From Escherichia phage KIT06: a stretch of 64,000 bases of DNA. The position numbers and the translations under genes were made by a program. The notes beneath the pieces were generated by a model that did not search any database, was not told where the DNA came from, and saw only the letters and a program-made list of their open reading frames with translations. This document shows positions 29,375-46,758 of this stretch, piece after piece. Position 1 is the first letter of the stretch. Each line of letters opens with the position of its first letter. The stretch lies in the sequence record OQ349392.1. One strand, given 5' to 3'.

Positions 29375-29639
29375 TCTTTATGAAAATGAATCTTTTGCTA
29401 ATCAATTACGCGAAAAAGCGCTTAAAAGTAAACAGTTTAAACTAGAGTGTTTTATCAAAGATTTTTCGGAACTTGCTAATAAAGCAGCTGAGCAAGGTAA
29501 AACATATTTTAGTTATTATTGTACCGCTCGTGATAAATTGATTACTGAAGAAATTGGTGATTGGCTGAGAAAAGAAGGATTTAGCTTTAAAGTCAATAGT
29601 GACCAGCGTGATGGTGATTGGTTAGAAATTACATTTTGA
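29361..29639 (+). CDS. Hypothetical protein, 92 aa
   Basis: ORF track; overlaps upstream stop. Confidence 0.6.
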   Translation: MEQYDLYENESFANQLREKALKSKQFKLECFIKDFSELANKAAEQGKTYFSYYCTARDKLITEEIGDWLRKEGFSFKVNSDQRDGDWLEITF

Positions 29640-29648
29640 GGATTAATT

Positions 29649-30653
29649 ATGTTTAAAAAGTATAGCAGTCTTGAAAATCATTATAATTCTAAATTCATTG
29701 AAAAACTTTATAGTTTAGGATTGACTGGCGGCGAATGGGTAGCTCGTGAAAAGATTCATGGTACAAATTTCTCACTGATTATTGAGCGTGATAAAGCAAC
29801 TTGTGCTAAACGTACTGGACCGATTCTTCCTGCTGAAGATTTCTTTGGGTATGAAATTATTCTAAAGAATTACGCTGATTCCATTAAAGCAGTACAAGAT
29901 ATTATGGAAACTTCGGCAGTTGTATCTTATCAAGTCTTCGGCGAATTCGCTGGACCTGGCATTCAGAAGAATGTCGATTATGGTGATAAAGATTTTTATG
30001 TATTTGACATTATTGTTACTACAGAAAGTGGTGATGTGACTTATGTCGATGATTATATGATGGAATCATTCTGTAATACATTCAAATTTAAAATGGCTCC
30101 ACTTTTAGGTCGCGGTAAATTTGAAGAGCTTATTAAATTGCCAAATGATTTAGATTCTGTCGTCCAAGATTATAATTTTACAGTAGACCATGCCGGATTA
30201 GTTGATGCAAATAAATGCGTCTGGAATGCCGAAGCAAAAGGCGAAGTATTTACCGCTGAAGGTTATGTATTGAAACCTTGTTATCCTTCTTGGATGCCTA
30301 ATGGCAATCGTGTAGCTATTAAATGCAAGAACTCTAAATTTAGCGAAAAGAAAAAGTCTGATAAGCCTATTAAAGCTAAAGTTGAACTGTCAGAAGCTGA
30401 TAACAAGCTGATGGGAATTTTAGCTTGTTACGTTACACTGAACCGAGTAAATAACGTTATTTCTAAAATTGGCGAAATTGGTCCAAAAGATTTTGGAAAG
30501 GTGATGGGACTAACTGTTCAAGATATTTTGGAAGAAACTTCTCGTGAAGGTATTACTCTAACTCAAGCGGATAATCCTTCTTTAGTTAAAAAGGAATTAG
30601 TTAAAATGGTACAAGATGTACTTCGTCCGGCTTGGATTGAATTGGTAAGTTAA
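29649..30653 (+). CDS. rnlB: RNA ligase 2, 334 aa
   Basis: [21 protein letters not shown]... with ligase motif I KIHGTN; matches remembered T4 Rnl2. Confidence 0.95.
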   Translation: MFKKYSSLENHYNSKFIEKLYSLGLTGGEWVAREKIHGTNFSLIIERDKATCAKRTGPILPAEDFFGYEIILKNYADSIKAVQDIMETSAVVSYQVFGEFAGPGIQKNVDYGDKDFYVFDIIVTTESGDVTYVDDYMMESFCNTFKFKMAPLLGRGKFEELIKLPNDLDSVVQDYNFTVDHAGLVDANKCVWNAEAKGEVFTAEGYVLKPCYPSWMPNGNRVAIKCKNSKFSEKKKSDKPIKAKVELSEADNKLMGILACYVTLNRVNNVISKIGEIGPKDFGKVMGLTVQDILEETSREGITLTQADNPSLVKKELVKMVQDVLRPAWIELVS

Positions 30654-30660
30654 ATAAAAA

Positions 30661-30687
30661 GGGACCTTTCGGTCCCTTTGTTTTATT
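30661..30687. terminator. Bidirectional terminator GGGACC-TTTC-GGTCCC between convergent rnlB and gene 24
   Basis: 6-bp stem followed by TTTGTTTTATT on plus strand and A/T-rich on minus. Confidence 0.6.
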
Positions 30688-31966
30688 CATCAACGATAAT
30701 TTTTGGTAGCTTAACACCTAATAAAACAGACAAATCTGAACGACCCGCCATTTTATCCATGTCTCCGCCATCAATTATTCTTGCTTCTTTTTCGTCTTTT
30801 GCTACAGTGTAAGGATTTGCAGATAAAGCATATCTAACCAATAAACCGATAGATGGCTGCAAACTTTCTGGATCAACTACAACTTTAAATGCACCTACAT
30901 GTTCAGGGTCATCTAAGTCAAGACCTTCTGTATACGGAGCATAGAAAATTGATCCGACAATTTCTTTTTCACCAATATTTTCTACTACACCAACGATTAC
31001 ATAATCTAATGGGCTGTTAGTATCGCAATAAAGCGGTAAACCATTAGCTAAGAACCCGTAGGCATTTTGTGAAAGATATTTATCATCTTCTGGTTTATGT
31101 TTTAACCAACCTGATGCAGCAAGAATCGCAGCGGCACGAGCTGAAGCAACACAGAACGTTGCTGTATAAGTTGATTCTTTTTGGATATGCGAAACCATTT
31201 CACATACCATTCGGTATAATGAACGACCGGCTTCAGGTGCAGATGCATAACTCAAATCAATGAATCCGGTATCAGTAATTCCTGTAACTTTATAGCGTTT
31301 TGACACTGTAATCAAAGACTGTAGAATATCTTTATTGATTTCATCCGCCATTTCAGTTGCAAGCAAATCTTCCAAGAAATTAGGAGCATCGAATCCATTT
31401 GCTTCTAAATCTTGTGCTAATTCAACTGTGATGCCAGTTTTAAGTTTACGAGATTTGACTGAAGTTTGCCATTTATTAATCTGGAATCTAGCATCAGCAA
31501 TTTCGCTATCAGAGCTTTCAAATTTGCTCGTTGACGCTGCATCAGAAAATAGACGAACCTTTAAAAGAACAATTGCAATCTGAAGAGCTAGTTCTAAATC
31601 GCTTTCTTCAATGGTAGCAAATGGTGTATCTTCTAATACTTTATAAACGATATTATTGTATTTGAATAAATCGCCTTTATTGAGAGTTAATTTAGACTCT
31701 TCTGTTAATTCTGTGATTTGTTCTCGGTCTACATATCCAGCTTCGCCAGCGTAAGTAGCACCAGTTTTAAATGTAAATTCATTATCTGGGTTAAGGTATT
31801 TGATACCATAAAAAGCAGCAACAGGTTGATTAGTTCTTTGCGTTGCTACAATGTCAGAATATATTAATTTAGTGGTAGCGCGAGTCAAAGCAACGAGATT
31901 TGGGCGACCGATTGAGTTGCTATTCGTTGTGGTTGATTCGCGCAGAAGTTCGTTGATTTTAGCCAT
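30683..31966 (-). CDS. 24: Head vertex protein gp24, 427 aa
   Basis: 427-aa paralog of major capsid protein; late promoter upstream; synteny. Confidence 0.9.
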   Translation of the reverse strand: MAKINELLRESTTTNSNSIGRPNLVALTRATTKLIYSDIVATQRTNQPVAAFYGIKYLNPDNEFTFKTGATYAGEAGYVDREQITELTEESKLTLNKGDLFKYNNIVYKVLEDTPFATIEESDLELALQIAIVLLKVRLFSDAASTSKFESSDSEIADARFQINKWQTSVKSRKLKTGITVELAQDLEANGFDAPNFLEDLLATEMADEINKDILQSLITVSKRYKVTGITDTGFIDLSYASAPEAGRSLYRMVCEMVSHIQKESTYTATFCVASARAAAILAASGWLKHKPEDDKYLSQNAYGFLANGLPLYCDTNSPLDYVIVGVVENIGEKEIVGSIFYAPYTEGLDLDDPEHVGAFKVVVDPESLQPSIGLLVRYALSANPYTVAKDEKEARIIDGGDMDKMAGRSDLSVLLGVKLPKIIVDE

Positions 31967-31994
31967 TGCGCTTTCCTTGTTGAGAGTATATGTT

Positions 31995-32002
31995 TATTTA
32001 TA
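31995..32002 (-). promoter_or_regulatory. Late promoter TATAAATA (minus strand) for gene 24
   Basis: Plus strand TATTTATA about 29 nt upstream of gene 24 start. Confidence 0.55.
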
Positions 32003-32007
32003 AAAGT

Positions 32008-32038
32008 TGTTTACAGCAAGGTTATCACATGTTACTAT
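32008..32038 (+). promoter_or_regulatory. Early-type promoter candidate (GTTTAC ... TACTAT) for the 88-aa ORF
   Basis: gtttac at 32008-32013, -10-like tactat about 19 bp downstream; ends ...aacatgaggag like the 54-bp repeat cassette. Confidence 0.4.
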
Positions 32039-32068
32039 AGACCTATCAAAAACATGAGGAGATTAAAA

Positions 32069-32335
32069 ATGAACAAGTTAAACTTTATTCGTACTACTCT
32101 GTCCGCTCTTGATAAAGACATCAAAGCCCTGGTAGAAAAATATGGTTCCAATCCTAACGGTAATGCAGTGAATGCCCTAGTTAAGAAATATGAAACCATG
32201 GCTTATGCTACTGACTTCTGGTGGAACGGTGAATATTCTACCCATACCAAAGACAAATCTGGTAACTGGCTGAAAATCCAAGAAAATCGTATTGACTTCC
32301 GTGACATCATCAACCGTCGAGTTAAGATTGCGTAG
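32069..32335 (+). CDS. Hypothetical protein in the 23-24 intergenic gap, 88 aa
   Basis: ORF track 32054..32335; ATG at 32069 has GAGGAG SD; early-like promoter upstream; strong hairpin downstream. Confidence 0.5.
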   Translation: MNKLNFIRTTLSALDKDIKALVEKYGSNPNGNAVNALVKKYETMAYATDFWWNGEYSTHTKDKSGNWLKIQENRIDFRDIINRRVKIA

Positions 32336-32350
32336 TATAGAAACAAGAAT

Positions 32351-32368
32351 GGGAGACCGAAGTCTCCC
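32351..32368. terminator. Hairpin GGGAGAC-CGAA-GTCTCCC downstream of gene 23 (minus) and the 88-aa ORF (plus)
   Basis: 7-bp stem; T-rich tail on the minus strand, consistent with termination of the abundant gene 23 transcript. Confidence 0.55.
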
Positions 32369-32384
32369 ATAATAAGGTTATATC

Positions 32385-33950
32385 TTAGATACCTTTAACA
32401 TATACACGGCGGAAGTAAGCGTTTTTACCAAGGCTATTCAGAATAGAAGGCATACCGCTCTGGATGCGAGAAGCCGGAGCCTGAGCAGCGGATTCTGCAA
32501 ATGGGTTGATACCGATACCGTAACGAGTTTTGAATCCCATTACTGGTTGGAAGTTCTTCGGATCGGAACCACGCAGCGGAGTCAGAGCTACATATGGAGA
32601 ATAGTAAATACCTGCATCCATTTCGTTCGGACCTTTATAACCTACGGTGAAATAATCCTGTTTAGCATACTGGTCGATATATACACGGTATTTACCACCC
32701 AGAACACCAGCAAATACTGACTTGGTAGTATCAGTGTTAAAGCCGGTAGCCAGACCCTGTGCAGCATAAGAAATGCCAGTATCAACTGAAGCCAGAACGT
32801 TAACTACGTTACGGGAAGCGATAATGAAGTTACCTTCACCGCGACCGGTCTGACGAGCAATTTCAACTGCTTCTTTGTCAATCTGGAACAACAGAGCTTT
32901 AAAGGATTCACCTGCCCAGCGAGCGCCACGAATATCGATTGGGTCCTGGAAGTCAAATACACCAGCTTTAGAACCCGGAGTCAGGGTCATACCAGATTTA
33001 CCAACCTGAGCTGAGTAGTTAATCCAATCAACAACTTCACGGTTGATTTCCAGCATAATTTCTGTAGCCAGAATACCAGACAGTTCAGCATCAGCATCCA
33101 TACCGTGAACAGCGCGGAGGTCTTGTGCTAATTCGATAGAGTAAGCAGCTTTCAGCTGGCGAGATTTAGCTTCGATAACTTGTTTATCGATACGGAAGCC
33201 CATTTCATTCCATGGGTTATCTGTAGAACCGTTGAAACCTTCCTGAAGTTCAGCAATAGAAGTAGCCATACCTTCAGCGATTTCTACCAGTGCACCAGCT
33301 TCCATTTGTTTCTTAATTTCAGCATCTAATTTAGCTGCATCAGTTGCGCTTGCACTAATTGTTACTTGAACAGAAGCTTGCAGATACACAGTACCAGTGT
33401 CCTGGAAGAAGTGAGTATAGATATCACCTACTGTGGTTTGTGTGCTAGCAGCCAGAGCTGGGAATTTCTTAGCAGCACCCTGACCAGAGAACATTGCATC
33501 TGGACCATACATTGGGTGGAATGCTTCTTTAGCACCGGCAGCGATCGGATCTTTACCATATACCGCGCGGAGTGCGAATACCTGACCGGTTGGGCTGCTC
33601 ATCGGTTGAACACCGCAAATATCGAAAGCAATCAGGTTAGGAATAGCACGACGTACCATACCCATAACAGCCGGGCCAATCTGAGTTACTGCGCCAGAAG
33701 TCTGACCTGCAGCGATGTTGGTAGCATTGTAACCATGGTCACCACCGATTTCAGCTTCTGTTAAGAAAGAACCGAACGCCTGAGCGATTTTTTCGTCTTT
33801 GTACTCTGGAGCTGTCTGGAAATCTTTTTCCTGGTTTTCAAAGATTTTAGCGATAATCGCTTGTTTGCTATTAGCAATTTCCGGTAAACCTTCACCTTCC
33901 AGTAATGGCTTCCATTTGTTCAAAAGTTCAGCTTTAGTTTTGATAGTCAT
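32385..33950 (-). CDS. 23: Major capsid protein gp23, 521 aa
   Basis: MTIKTKAELLNKWKPLLEGEGLPEIANSKQAII... matches remembered T4 gp23. Confidence 0.95.
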   Translation of the reverse strand: MTIKTKAELLNKWKPLLEGEGLPEIANSKQAIIAKIFENQEKDFQTAPEYKDEKIAQAFGSFLTEAEIGGDHGYNATNIAAGQTSGAVTQIGPAVMGMVRRAIPNLIAFDICGVQPMSSPTGQVFALRAVYGKDPIAAGAKEAFHPMYGPDAMFSGQGAAKKFPALAASTQTTVGDIYTHFFQDTGTVYLQASVQVTISASATDAAKLDAEIKKQMEAGALVEIAEGMATSIAELQEGFNGSTDNPWNEMGFRIDKQVIEAKSRQLKAAYSIELAQDLRAVHGMDADAELSGILATEIMLEINREVVDWINYSAQVGKSGMTLTPGSKAGVFDFQDPIDIRGARWAGESFKALLFQIDKEAVEIARQTGRGEGNFIIASRNVVNVLASVDTGISYAAQGLATGFNTDTTKSVFAGVLGGKYRVYIDQYAKQDYFTVGYKGPNEMDAGIYYSPYVALTPLRGSDPKNFQPVMGFKTRYGIGINPFAESAAQAPASRIQSGMPSILNSLGKNAYFRRVYVKGI

Positions 33951-33968
33951 TTGTGTTAACCTTTAAAA

Positions 33969-34778
33969 TTAGAAACGAGATGCGACTTTCGCATATACAC
34001 TTACAATATCTTCTGCACCAGGTGCAGTTTTATCTTCTACAGCTTCAGTGACGAAATTCAGTCCGGCTGCTTCAGTATCAGGAGTATTTATACCCTCAGT
34101 AATAGTGCTTTCATCTTTATTAGACTTCTTCACCATTTCTACGATGGCACTCAATTTATTTGAGAATTCATCTGAATAATCCATACCTTCGACCAGAGCA
34201 GAGACTTTTTCTTTTTGAGACTCAGTCAGATCTTTAGTACTTTCGCTCAATGCCACTTCACGCTGCACATAATTGATATATGCGTCGCGCATATTGAGTT
34301 CTTCGAACAGACGAGCTGATTCTTCTTTATGTTCTTGCAGCTCTTCTTCCATTTCAGCCACAACATCAACTGATTCTTCTGGAACAACAACGTTGTGTTC
34401 AACAAAGAGCTCTTTTAATCCACCAAGCATGGATTCAAACAGTTCGGCTTTGATGCCTTTATCAACTGCTAATTTATTTTCAGCGAGCCATTCTTTCGCA
34501 AGATGGTCAATGAATTTAGAAGCTTGCTCAGCGATTTTCTTCTCAGCTTTTTCTTCTGCTTCTTCTTTATTTTTTTCTACTTCTTCTTCTGCTTTTTCAG
34601 CAATTTTAGCGATATGAGATTCAGCTAATTTAACGGCGTGCTGCTTGACGGTAGCTTCGAATACAGTGCCGAAAGTTTCTTTTGCTTCCGGAGAAATATT
34701 AACTGATTCGAAAATACTATCAAGAGCAACGGAAGCATCAATTTTTTGCGCTTCAGCAATCAGTTGTTCTTTAAGCAT
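33969..34778 (-). CDS. 22: Prohead core scaffold protein gp22, 269 aa
   Basis: Highly charged coiled-coil-like 269-aa ORF; synteny; late promoter upstream. Confidence 0.9.
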   Translation of the reverse strand: MLKEQLIAEAQKIDASVALDSIFESVNISPEAKETFGTVFEATVKQHAVKLAESHIAKIAEKAEEEVEKNKEEAEEKAEKKIAEQASKFIDHLAKEWLAENKLAVDKGIKAELFESMLGGLKELFVEHNVVVPEESVDVVAEMEEELQEHKEESARLFEELNMRDAYINYVQREVALSESTKDLTESQKEKVSALVEGMDYSDEFSNKLSAIVEMVKKSNKDESTITEGINTPDTEAAGLNFVTEAVEDKTAPGAEDIVSVYAKVASRF

Positions 34779-34805
34779 TTTGTAGTCCTGTTGTTTAGAT
34801 AATAA

Positions 34806-34813
34806 TATTTATA
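34806..34813 (-). promoter_or_regulatory. Late promoter TATAAATA (minus strand) for gene 22, overlapping gene 21 stop
   Basis: Plus strand TATTTATA about 28 nt upstream of gene 22 start. Confidence 0.5.
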
Positions 34814-35447
34814 ACGCTTTTTTCATGGCCTCTGCGAGAGCCATATAGGCGTCATCGGCACTTGTATCGGCTTCCGCCGTCTGTGATTCGGTAATTTCCT
34901 TAGGAGTTACCCATGCATCTGGAGCACTTGGACCCCATACTGCATCAACACCTACAGTTAATTTGAATCCTTCGTTTACGATACGATAACCTTTATTTGT
35001 GTCAGTCAATGAACCTAATCCACGAGAAGAAACTCCTGGAATCCATCCGGCACGAATATTAGCTGCTAATTTATCTCCAGGACCGTGGTCACCTTCAATA
35101 ACACGAGCTCGTCCGTATACGTCATTTCCTTTCCACCACATATCTTCTATAATGATAGCGGCTTGCATCGGGTCAACATTAGCGCGTGGAGGATGATTTA
35201 ATTCTCCGAGAGCTTGTTTTGTTAAAACTTGCTCATTGATATAGTCTTTTACCGCTTTTTCTAATATGCGTTTTGGATAAAGACGTTTATTTCTATTGAC
35301 GACTTCTGCTTGCATGAATATTCCTTCGATGTATAAACCCGGTTTTAAACCTAGGTCTTTTCCATCGTGGGATTCAAGCATTGGCACACCATCAATAATT
35401 TCGCCAGGTTGACCCCAAGTTTCAATTAGTAATTGGGGTTCATTCAT
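34809..35447 (-). CDS. 21: Prohead core protease gp21, 212 aa
   Basis: 212-aa ORF; synteny between 68 and 22. Confidence 0.9.
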   Translation of the reverse strand: MNEPQLLIETWGQPGEIIDGVPMLESHDGKDLGLKPGLYIEGIFMQAEVVNRNKRLYPKRILEKAVKDYINEQVLTKQALGELNHPPRANVDPMQAAIIIEDMWWKGNDVYGRARVIEGDHGPGDKLAANIRAGWIPGVSSRGLGSLTDTNKGYRIVNEGFKLTVGVDAVWGPSAPDAWVTPKEITESQTAEADTSADDAYMALAEAMKKAL

Positions 35448-35872
35448 TAGCTTAATCCTAATGCTTTACGGCGTTTAAGAGCTTTTTTACGCTTACGCTG
35501 AGCACGAGATTGACCTGCTGGATTGGCAATCTTCGTTTTGGTAGCTTTGCGAGCAATTTGTCTACGTTTTGCTTTAGACAGCCCAGTGGTTTGAAATGCA
35601 TTACGTTCGCGTGTTTTGCGGTCTTTAGTGCGTGTAATTTCACCACGAGCTGAAACGTGCTTAACAATGAATTCATTTAACGGCATATTTTCATTAATAG
35701 AAGCTAATGCAACTGCTAAATCAGTTTCATCGTCAAGCATATTCTCGACAATTGTATTTATATCGTCTTTATTTAAAGCAGAAGACAATTCGTCAAAGCG
35801 ACCCTGTGCTTCAGGAATAAGTGCTTCGACATTCTCGAGAACTAATTCATGAGTTTCAGGGATCAGAAGCAT
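35447..35872 (-). CDS. 68: Prohead core protein gp68, 141 aa
   Basis: 141-aa ORF with basic C-terminus; synteny. Confidence 0.8.
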
Positions 35873-36104
35873 TATTCATCATCCTCGTCTTCGTCAGAGT
35901 CTTTGTCTTTTTTGTCGTCTTTATCATCACCATCTTCGTCATCATCCTCGTCTTCAGGTTCTTCACCTTCGATTAAGAAATTACGAGCGATAGCGATTTT
36001 TTCTTCTTTAATTAAATCAATCGTTCTTGCAGCCATGGCTTCAGCAAATAATTTACGAGCGGCTACGAGGTCGTTTGATTTAATAGCTTCAATTAAACCT
36101 TCCA

Positions 36105-36105
<1 letters not shown>
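35872..36105 (-). CDS. 67: Prohead core protein gp67 with poly-acidic tail, 77 aa
   Basis: 77-aa ORF ending in [27 protein letters not shown]; synteny. Confidence 0.8.
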
Positions 36106-37756
<1,651 letters not shown>

Positions 37757-37762
37757 TTCATT

Positions 37763-38254
37763 TTATTCCCAATAATCGAGAGCGAGAGTTACTTCAAAGG
37801 TTTGGATTTCATTGTTTGAATCCCAATCTAATTGAAGTTCACCCACGTTAGTAGGCCACAGGCCTTTAATTTCGACTTCTTTTGTTACAGTTTTAGCGTC
37901 ACGAGCATATTGGCGTACAATAGCGCTCTTTTTATACTCTGCTGGTTTTCCACCAGTAATTTCGTTCCCTTGCCCAGCCGCAATGCTTTGCCAGTCAACA
38001 AACTTCTGACGTGCATCATGAGCCTCATCATTCATTACTGTAATAGTCCAGTCATCGAATGTACGATCGCCTGCTACGTTAATTTTACGGTTCATAAACC
38101 CGACTGGAATTTTTTCTACAATACCAGCTGGTAAAGCAGTGGCTTTACACTGAAACGTAAAATTTTGTCCAAGATAAGAAATTTCTACTTGGAACAAGTT
38201 AGGTCGAGCAAAATCACCAGATTCAAACGCTCGTGTTACATCATCTACAAACAT
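37763..38254 (-). CDS. 19: Tail tube protein gp19, 163 aa
   Basis: 163-aa ORF; synteny; late promoter upstream. Confidence 0.9.
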   Translation of the reverse strand: MFVDDVTRAFESGDFARPNLFQVEISYLGQNFTFQCKATALPAGIVEKIPVGFMNRKINVAGDRTFDDWTITVMNDEAHDARQKFVDWQSIAAGQGNEITGGKPAEYKKSAIVRQYARDAKTVTKEVEIKGLWPTNVGELQLDWDSNNEIQTFEVTLALDYWE

Positions 38255-38268
38255 ATTAGCCTCTGTAG

Positions 38269-38276
38269 TATTTATA
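38269..38276 (-). promoter_or_regulatory. Late promoter TATAAATA (minus strand) for gene 19; a second copy lies at 38328-38335
   Basis: Two plus-strand TATTTATA motifs in the 18-19 intergenic region. Confidence 0.5.
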
Positions 38277-38336
38277 TCCCTATGTTTAACCTAGGGCATA
38301 TAGAATTAAAGAATTAAGGATATAGTGTATTTATAT

Positions 38337-38354
38337 GGCCTGCCGAAACAGGCC
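38337..38354 (-). terminator. Hairpin GGCCTG-CCGAAA-CAGGCC downstream of gene 18
   Basis: 6-bp GC stem just after gene 18 stop. Confidence 0.45.
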
Positions 38355-38370
38355 TTTAGAATGCACCGTA

Positions 38371-40350
38371 TTAACCTGCAAGACCAGTTAACTCATCGAA
38401 ATCTGCACCAGTAGCAGTTGCTACGAAGTTCAAGGTAATGTAGTTAATGCTTCTAGCCGGTTGGATGTAGAATGTTGCAACAAACTCATTTCTATCAATT
38501 ACTGACGGAGTGTTATTTGTTGTATCGCAAACTACACGATATTCATAAATTCCACCGAGAGCTTTAATTCCCTGCAAGTACTGGGAAGTTTCTGTGCGGA
38601 ACGATGAACGAGTAAACGCGTTGTTTAATTCGAACAAACGATATTTTGAACTACGTCCGATATTCGTTTTCAACATATTAAACAGACGACGAACGTTAAT
38701 ACGATCAAATGGAGAAGGAACAGAAGTAGCTGTTTTATCACCATACAATACGTAACCATCACCACCTGTACCAGTTACTGGGTTGATAGCTTCTTGGTAT
38801 AAACGGTCGCGCTGCGCCTGGCGAGTTTCAATAGCAAGTTTAATAACGTTAAGAATCTGGCCACGATTATAACCAGCTGGAGACATCCAAGTCTGAGAAA
38901 CGTTATCAGTTCTTGCGCATAAACCAGCAATATCAGCTGCTAATGGAACCCAACGATTCACATCATTATATTTGTCATACTGATACTTGTAGTTACCATC
39001 AATTGCTGCATAGGTTGAACTGATATTAAAGTTATTATCAGTGTATGAACCTGCTGCAGTTCTCCAATTGACTAAGTTATCAACAGCACGAGTTACAGGA
39101 ATTCCAACCACAGTTTCACGCGGTGGTGAGCACAATACCAAGCAATCTTGGCGAGCATCCCCGATTGAAACAACATGTTTTTGTACAGTAGATGCTGTTT
39201 CTAAAGATTCACCGGCACAAGAACCCGCAATAAACAACTGAACATCAACGGATTCACGGTCAGCAAAGAAGTCCCAAGCTTCCATCAAATCTCCTGCTGT
39301 TACTTCAGCATTTGATGATAATCCGCCAGACAGAGTTAAAATTCCAGAGAAGCCTTCTGGCCAGTTTTGTGCAGTTGCGAAAATATATTCTGAACCACCT
39401 TTTGCGAAAAAGTCATCAATATAGATGTTACTATCGTAAATATCTTTTTCACCACGCTTCGTTGAAAGAACAACGCTTTGAACAATAGCATCATTGCGAC
39501 GAACTATAATAGCGTATTGCGAATCAGTTTGTGGTCCATATCCAAACACAGCTTTAGCAGTAGATGCACGAGTACCACCGCCTGGATAAATTGGCAGTAA
39601 TGCAGAAGCCCCTTTTGCGTAGTCAGCTTTAGATACGATTTCAATTTCAATTTTATCGCCCAACTCACCTGGATAAAGAGCTACTACTCCTGGAATTCCG
39701 TATTTTTCGAGATTTGCTTGAAAGTCAACCGCTGTCATAGCAGCTTCAGCATTTTCAATTTCAGCTAATAAAATACCAGAATCAGTAATAATTTTTCCAA
39801 GAGTTATTACTGCAGCTAAACCAGAGGAAGATGAAGAAATTTCCGCAGTCCAGTTAGAACCTAGTGTTGGATATTCACCGACTTCTTTAGCTTTAGCGAT
39901 AATTTTTGCAGTAGGAATATTAATTTTCTTAATTTTTCCATCTGTGTCTACTTCAGTAATTTTACCTTCAGTTTCAATAGCATCTGAAACATATTTGACC
40001 GTGATTTTATCTCCAACCGCATAGTTACTACCTGGGGTAGAAATAGTGTATTCAATATTACCAGCAATCGGAGATGAGTTTTTAGCGGTATCTCTATCGA
40101 CAGCACGCACAACTCGCAAATCATTTCCATATTGTAAGAAATTCATTGCAGACATAAAATAGTCAGCAGTTTCAGCTGTAGGTTGACCAAAAGTATTAAC
40201 TAAATCTACTTCATTTGTAACCTGTTTGATCTGAAAAGCAGGACCCCACTGGAATTTACCGGCCAAAGCTGCTGTACCAGTAGAGTTATTAACCACGGTG
40301 CTTTGAACCGTAGTTTCTTTGAGCTCAATGCCCGGAGATAATAAAGTCAT
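38371..40350 (-). CDS. 18: Contractile tail sheath protein gp18, 659 aa
   Basis: 659-aa ORF; synteny; late promoter overlapping gene 17 stop. Confidence 0.95.
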   Translation of the reverse strand: MTLLSPGIELKETTVQSTVVNNSTGTAALAGKFQWGPAFQIKQVTNEVDLVNTFGQPTAETADYFMSAMNFLQYGNDLRVVRAVDRDTAKNSSPIAGNIEYTISTPGSNYAVGDKITVKYVSDAIETEGKITEVDTDGKIKKINIPTAKIIAKAKEVGEYPTLGSNWTAEISSSSSGLAAVITLGKIITDSGILLAEIENAEAAMTAVDFQANLEKYGIPGVVALYPGELGDKIEIEIVSKADYAKGASALLPIYPGGGTRASTAKAVFGYGPQTDSQYAIIVRRNDAIVQSVVLSTKRGEKDIYDSNIYIDDFFAKGGSEYIFATAQNWPEGFSGILTLSGGLSSNAEVTAGDLMEAWDFFADRESVDVQLFIAGSCAGESLETASTVQKHVVSIGDARQDCLVLCSPPRETVVGIPVTRAVDNLVNWRTAAGSYTDNNFNISSTYAAIDGNYKYQYDKYNDVNRWVPLAADIAGLCARTDNVSQTWMSPAGYNRGQILNVIKLAIETRQAQRDRLYQEAINPVTGTGGDGYVLYGDKTATSVPSPFDRINVRRLFNMLKTNIGRSSKYRLFELNNAFTRSSFRTETSQYLQGIKALGGIYEYRVVCDTTNNTPSVIDRNEFVATFYIQPARSINYITLNFVATATGADFDELTGLAG

Positions 40351-40378
40351 TTTTAATCCTCTTTAATATGCTTTAATA

Positions 40379-43519
<3,141 letters not shown>

Positions 43520-43560
43520 GATTTCTCCTAATCTGGGCTTTAATTAGTTTATAATATTTA

Positions 43561-45262
<1,702 letters not shown>

Positions 45263-45275
45263 TTAAAAATCCTTT

Positions 45276-45291
45276 GGGGCCTTACGGCCCC
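45276..45291 (-). terminator. Terminator hairpin GGGGCC-TTAC-GGCCCC between wac and gene 13
   Basis: 6-bp GC stem followed on the minus strand by AAAGGATTTTT. Confidence 0.55.
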
Positions 45292-45294
45292 ATG

Positions 45295-46758
45295 TTATGC
45301 TGGTGATAAAAAGGTAGAAAGTAATACCCATTCGCCGTCTTTACGAACGTAAGCTTGACCATCTTTTGGAGCTTCAGGAATATAACCTGCTTCTTGTAGA
45401 GCTTGAACATCACCTTGCAGAGAAGATATACTGCCTTTGGCTGTATTCACTTCTTGCGTAACTGATGCAATGTTGGTTTCGTTAGCTTTTATTGAATTGG
45501 TTAATCCGCGTTCTTCGACAGTTGAACCGTTTGGATTAGTTCCATTTACTAAAGTATTTAACGCTACAACTTGCCCTTTAATTCCTGTGCTGTTATTACC
45601 AATCTCTACTTGTAGGTTTTGAACATCGTTGTTCAAGCTTGAAACAGAAGTTTCAATTGTAGAAACTCGGTTTAAAAGAGACCCAGGAGGAGAAGGTTGT
45701 CCACCGCTAGAATCAGTTCCAACAATTTGGTTTAACCACGAAACATTCGCTCTTAAACCAGATGAAGTGTTTTCGCCGACGATTCCATTTAGAGCTTCGA
45801 TTGAAGTTGTATTATCTTTGATTTGACCTTTAATACTCGAAGGAATATCATCTGAACCAATAGAAGTTTCAATAACGGTTAAACGCTGTTTAATACCTCC
45901 ACTTTGATTTAGCTCTAAATTAATAGATGCAATATTATCAGTGTTTGTATTAACACTCGTGATAATCGAATTATTTCCTGGATATCCTATTGAGGTCTTA
46001 ATAGCACTAATGTCAGACTCAACTGTTGTCTGTTTAGTGTCAATTTCATTTAAGCGACTATAAACGGTTTGTGAAAACGATGGTGGTTTTGGTCCAAGCT
46101 CTTCACGAAGATTACCAACTTCAATAGTTAAAGAACCTACATCAGATTCAATAAATTTTGTTTCTAATTCGCTTAAACGTATTCCCTGTGAAGTGATGAC
46201 ATCAGTATTATTAATAATGCGATGCTTCATTCCTGTGCTAGGATTTCCTACAACAGGAAGACCATTAATATCTTGGCCTGTATATTGCCCAAGTTCACGC
46301 TTTATCCACAGTAAATCATTTCTGATCGTTCTGTATACAGAGTTGGCCTCGGAGTTAAATGGACCAATATCAGCAAGAATGCTGTCAACCGTACTATTAG
46401 TCCCATTTAATATTTCTGTATGTTCACTGGTTAGCGTTTTAAGGTCAGAAATATCCTTTTTATTGATACTTATTTGGGCCAAAGCTTCAATATCACCAGA
46501 TACATCTAAGATGCCCTGAATTGTTTTAATATCACTATTCGCGGATTCTAAAGATGTTTTGAGTATTCCAATGTTTTTATCAAGAACTTCAACATTTCTT
46601 AGTACAGAAACTGTAGGTCTATTCATTGAACCTTCACTTCCGTACTGTGTGTCAGCTCCTAATATTTCTTCGCCGTTTTTAATCCAGGAAATGCGGCTCT
46701 GGCCCTCTGCAGGAGGGCCGTCAACGAATGGTAAGTCATTCAGTACAATATCTGTCAT
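45295..46758 (-). CDS. wac: Fibritin (whisker antigen control), 487 aa
   Basis: C-terminal foldon [27 protein letters not shown]; long segmented coiled coil. Confidence 0.9.
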   Translation of the reverse strand: MTDIVLNDLPFVDGPPAEGQSRISWIKNGEEILGADTQYGSEGSMNRPTVSVLRNVEVLDKNIGILKTSLESANSDIKTIQGILDVSGDIEALAQISINKKDISDLKTLTSEHTEILNGTNSTVDSILADIGPFNSEANSVYRTIRNDLLWIKRELGQYTGQDINGLPVVGNPSTGMKHRIINNTDVITSQGIRLSELETKFIESDVGSLTIEVGNLREELGPKPPSFSQTVYSRLNEIDTKQTTVESDISAIKTSIGYPGNNSIITSVNTNTDNIASINLELNQSGGIKQRLTVIETSIGSDDIPSSIKGQIKDNTTSIEALNGIVGENTSSGLRANVSWLNQIVGTDSSGGQPSPPGSLLNRVSTIETSVSSLNNDVQNLQVEIGNNSTGIKGQVVALNTLVNGTNPNGSTVEERGLTNSIKANETNIASVTQEVNTAKGSISSLQGDVQALQEAGYIPEAPKDGQAYVRKDGEWVLLSTFLSPA

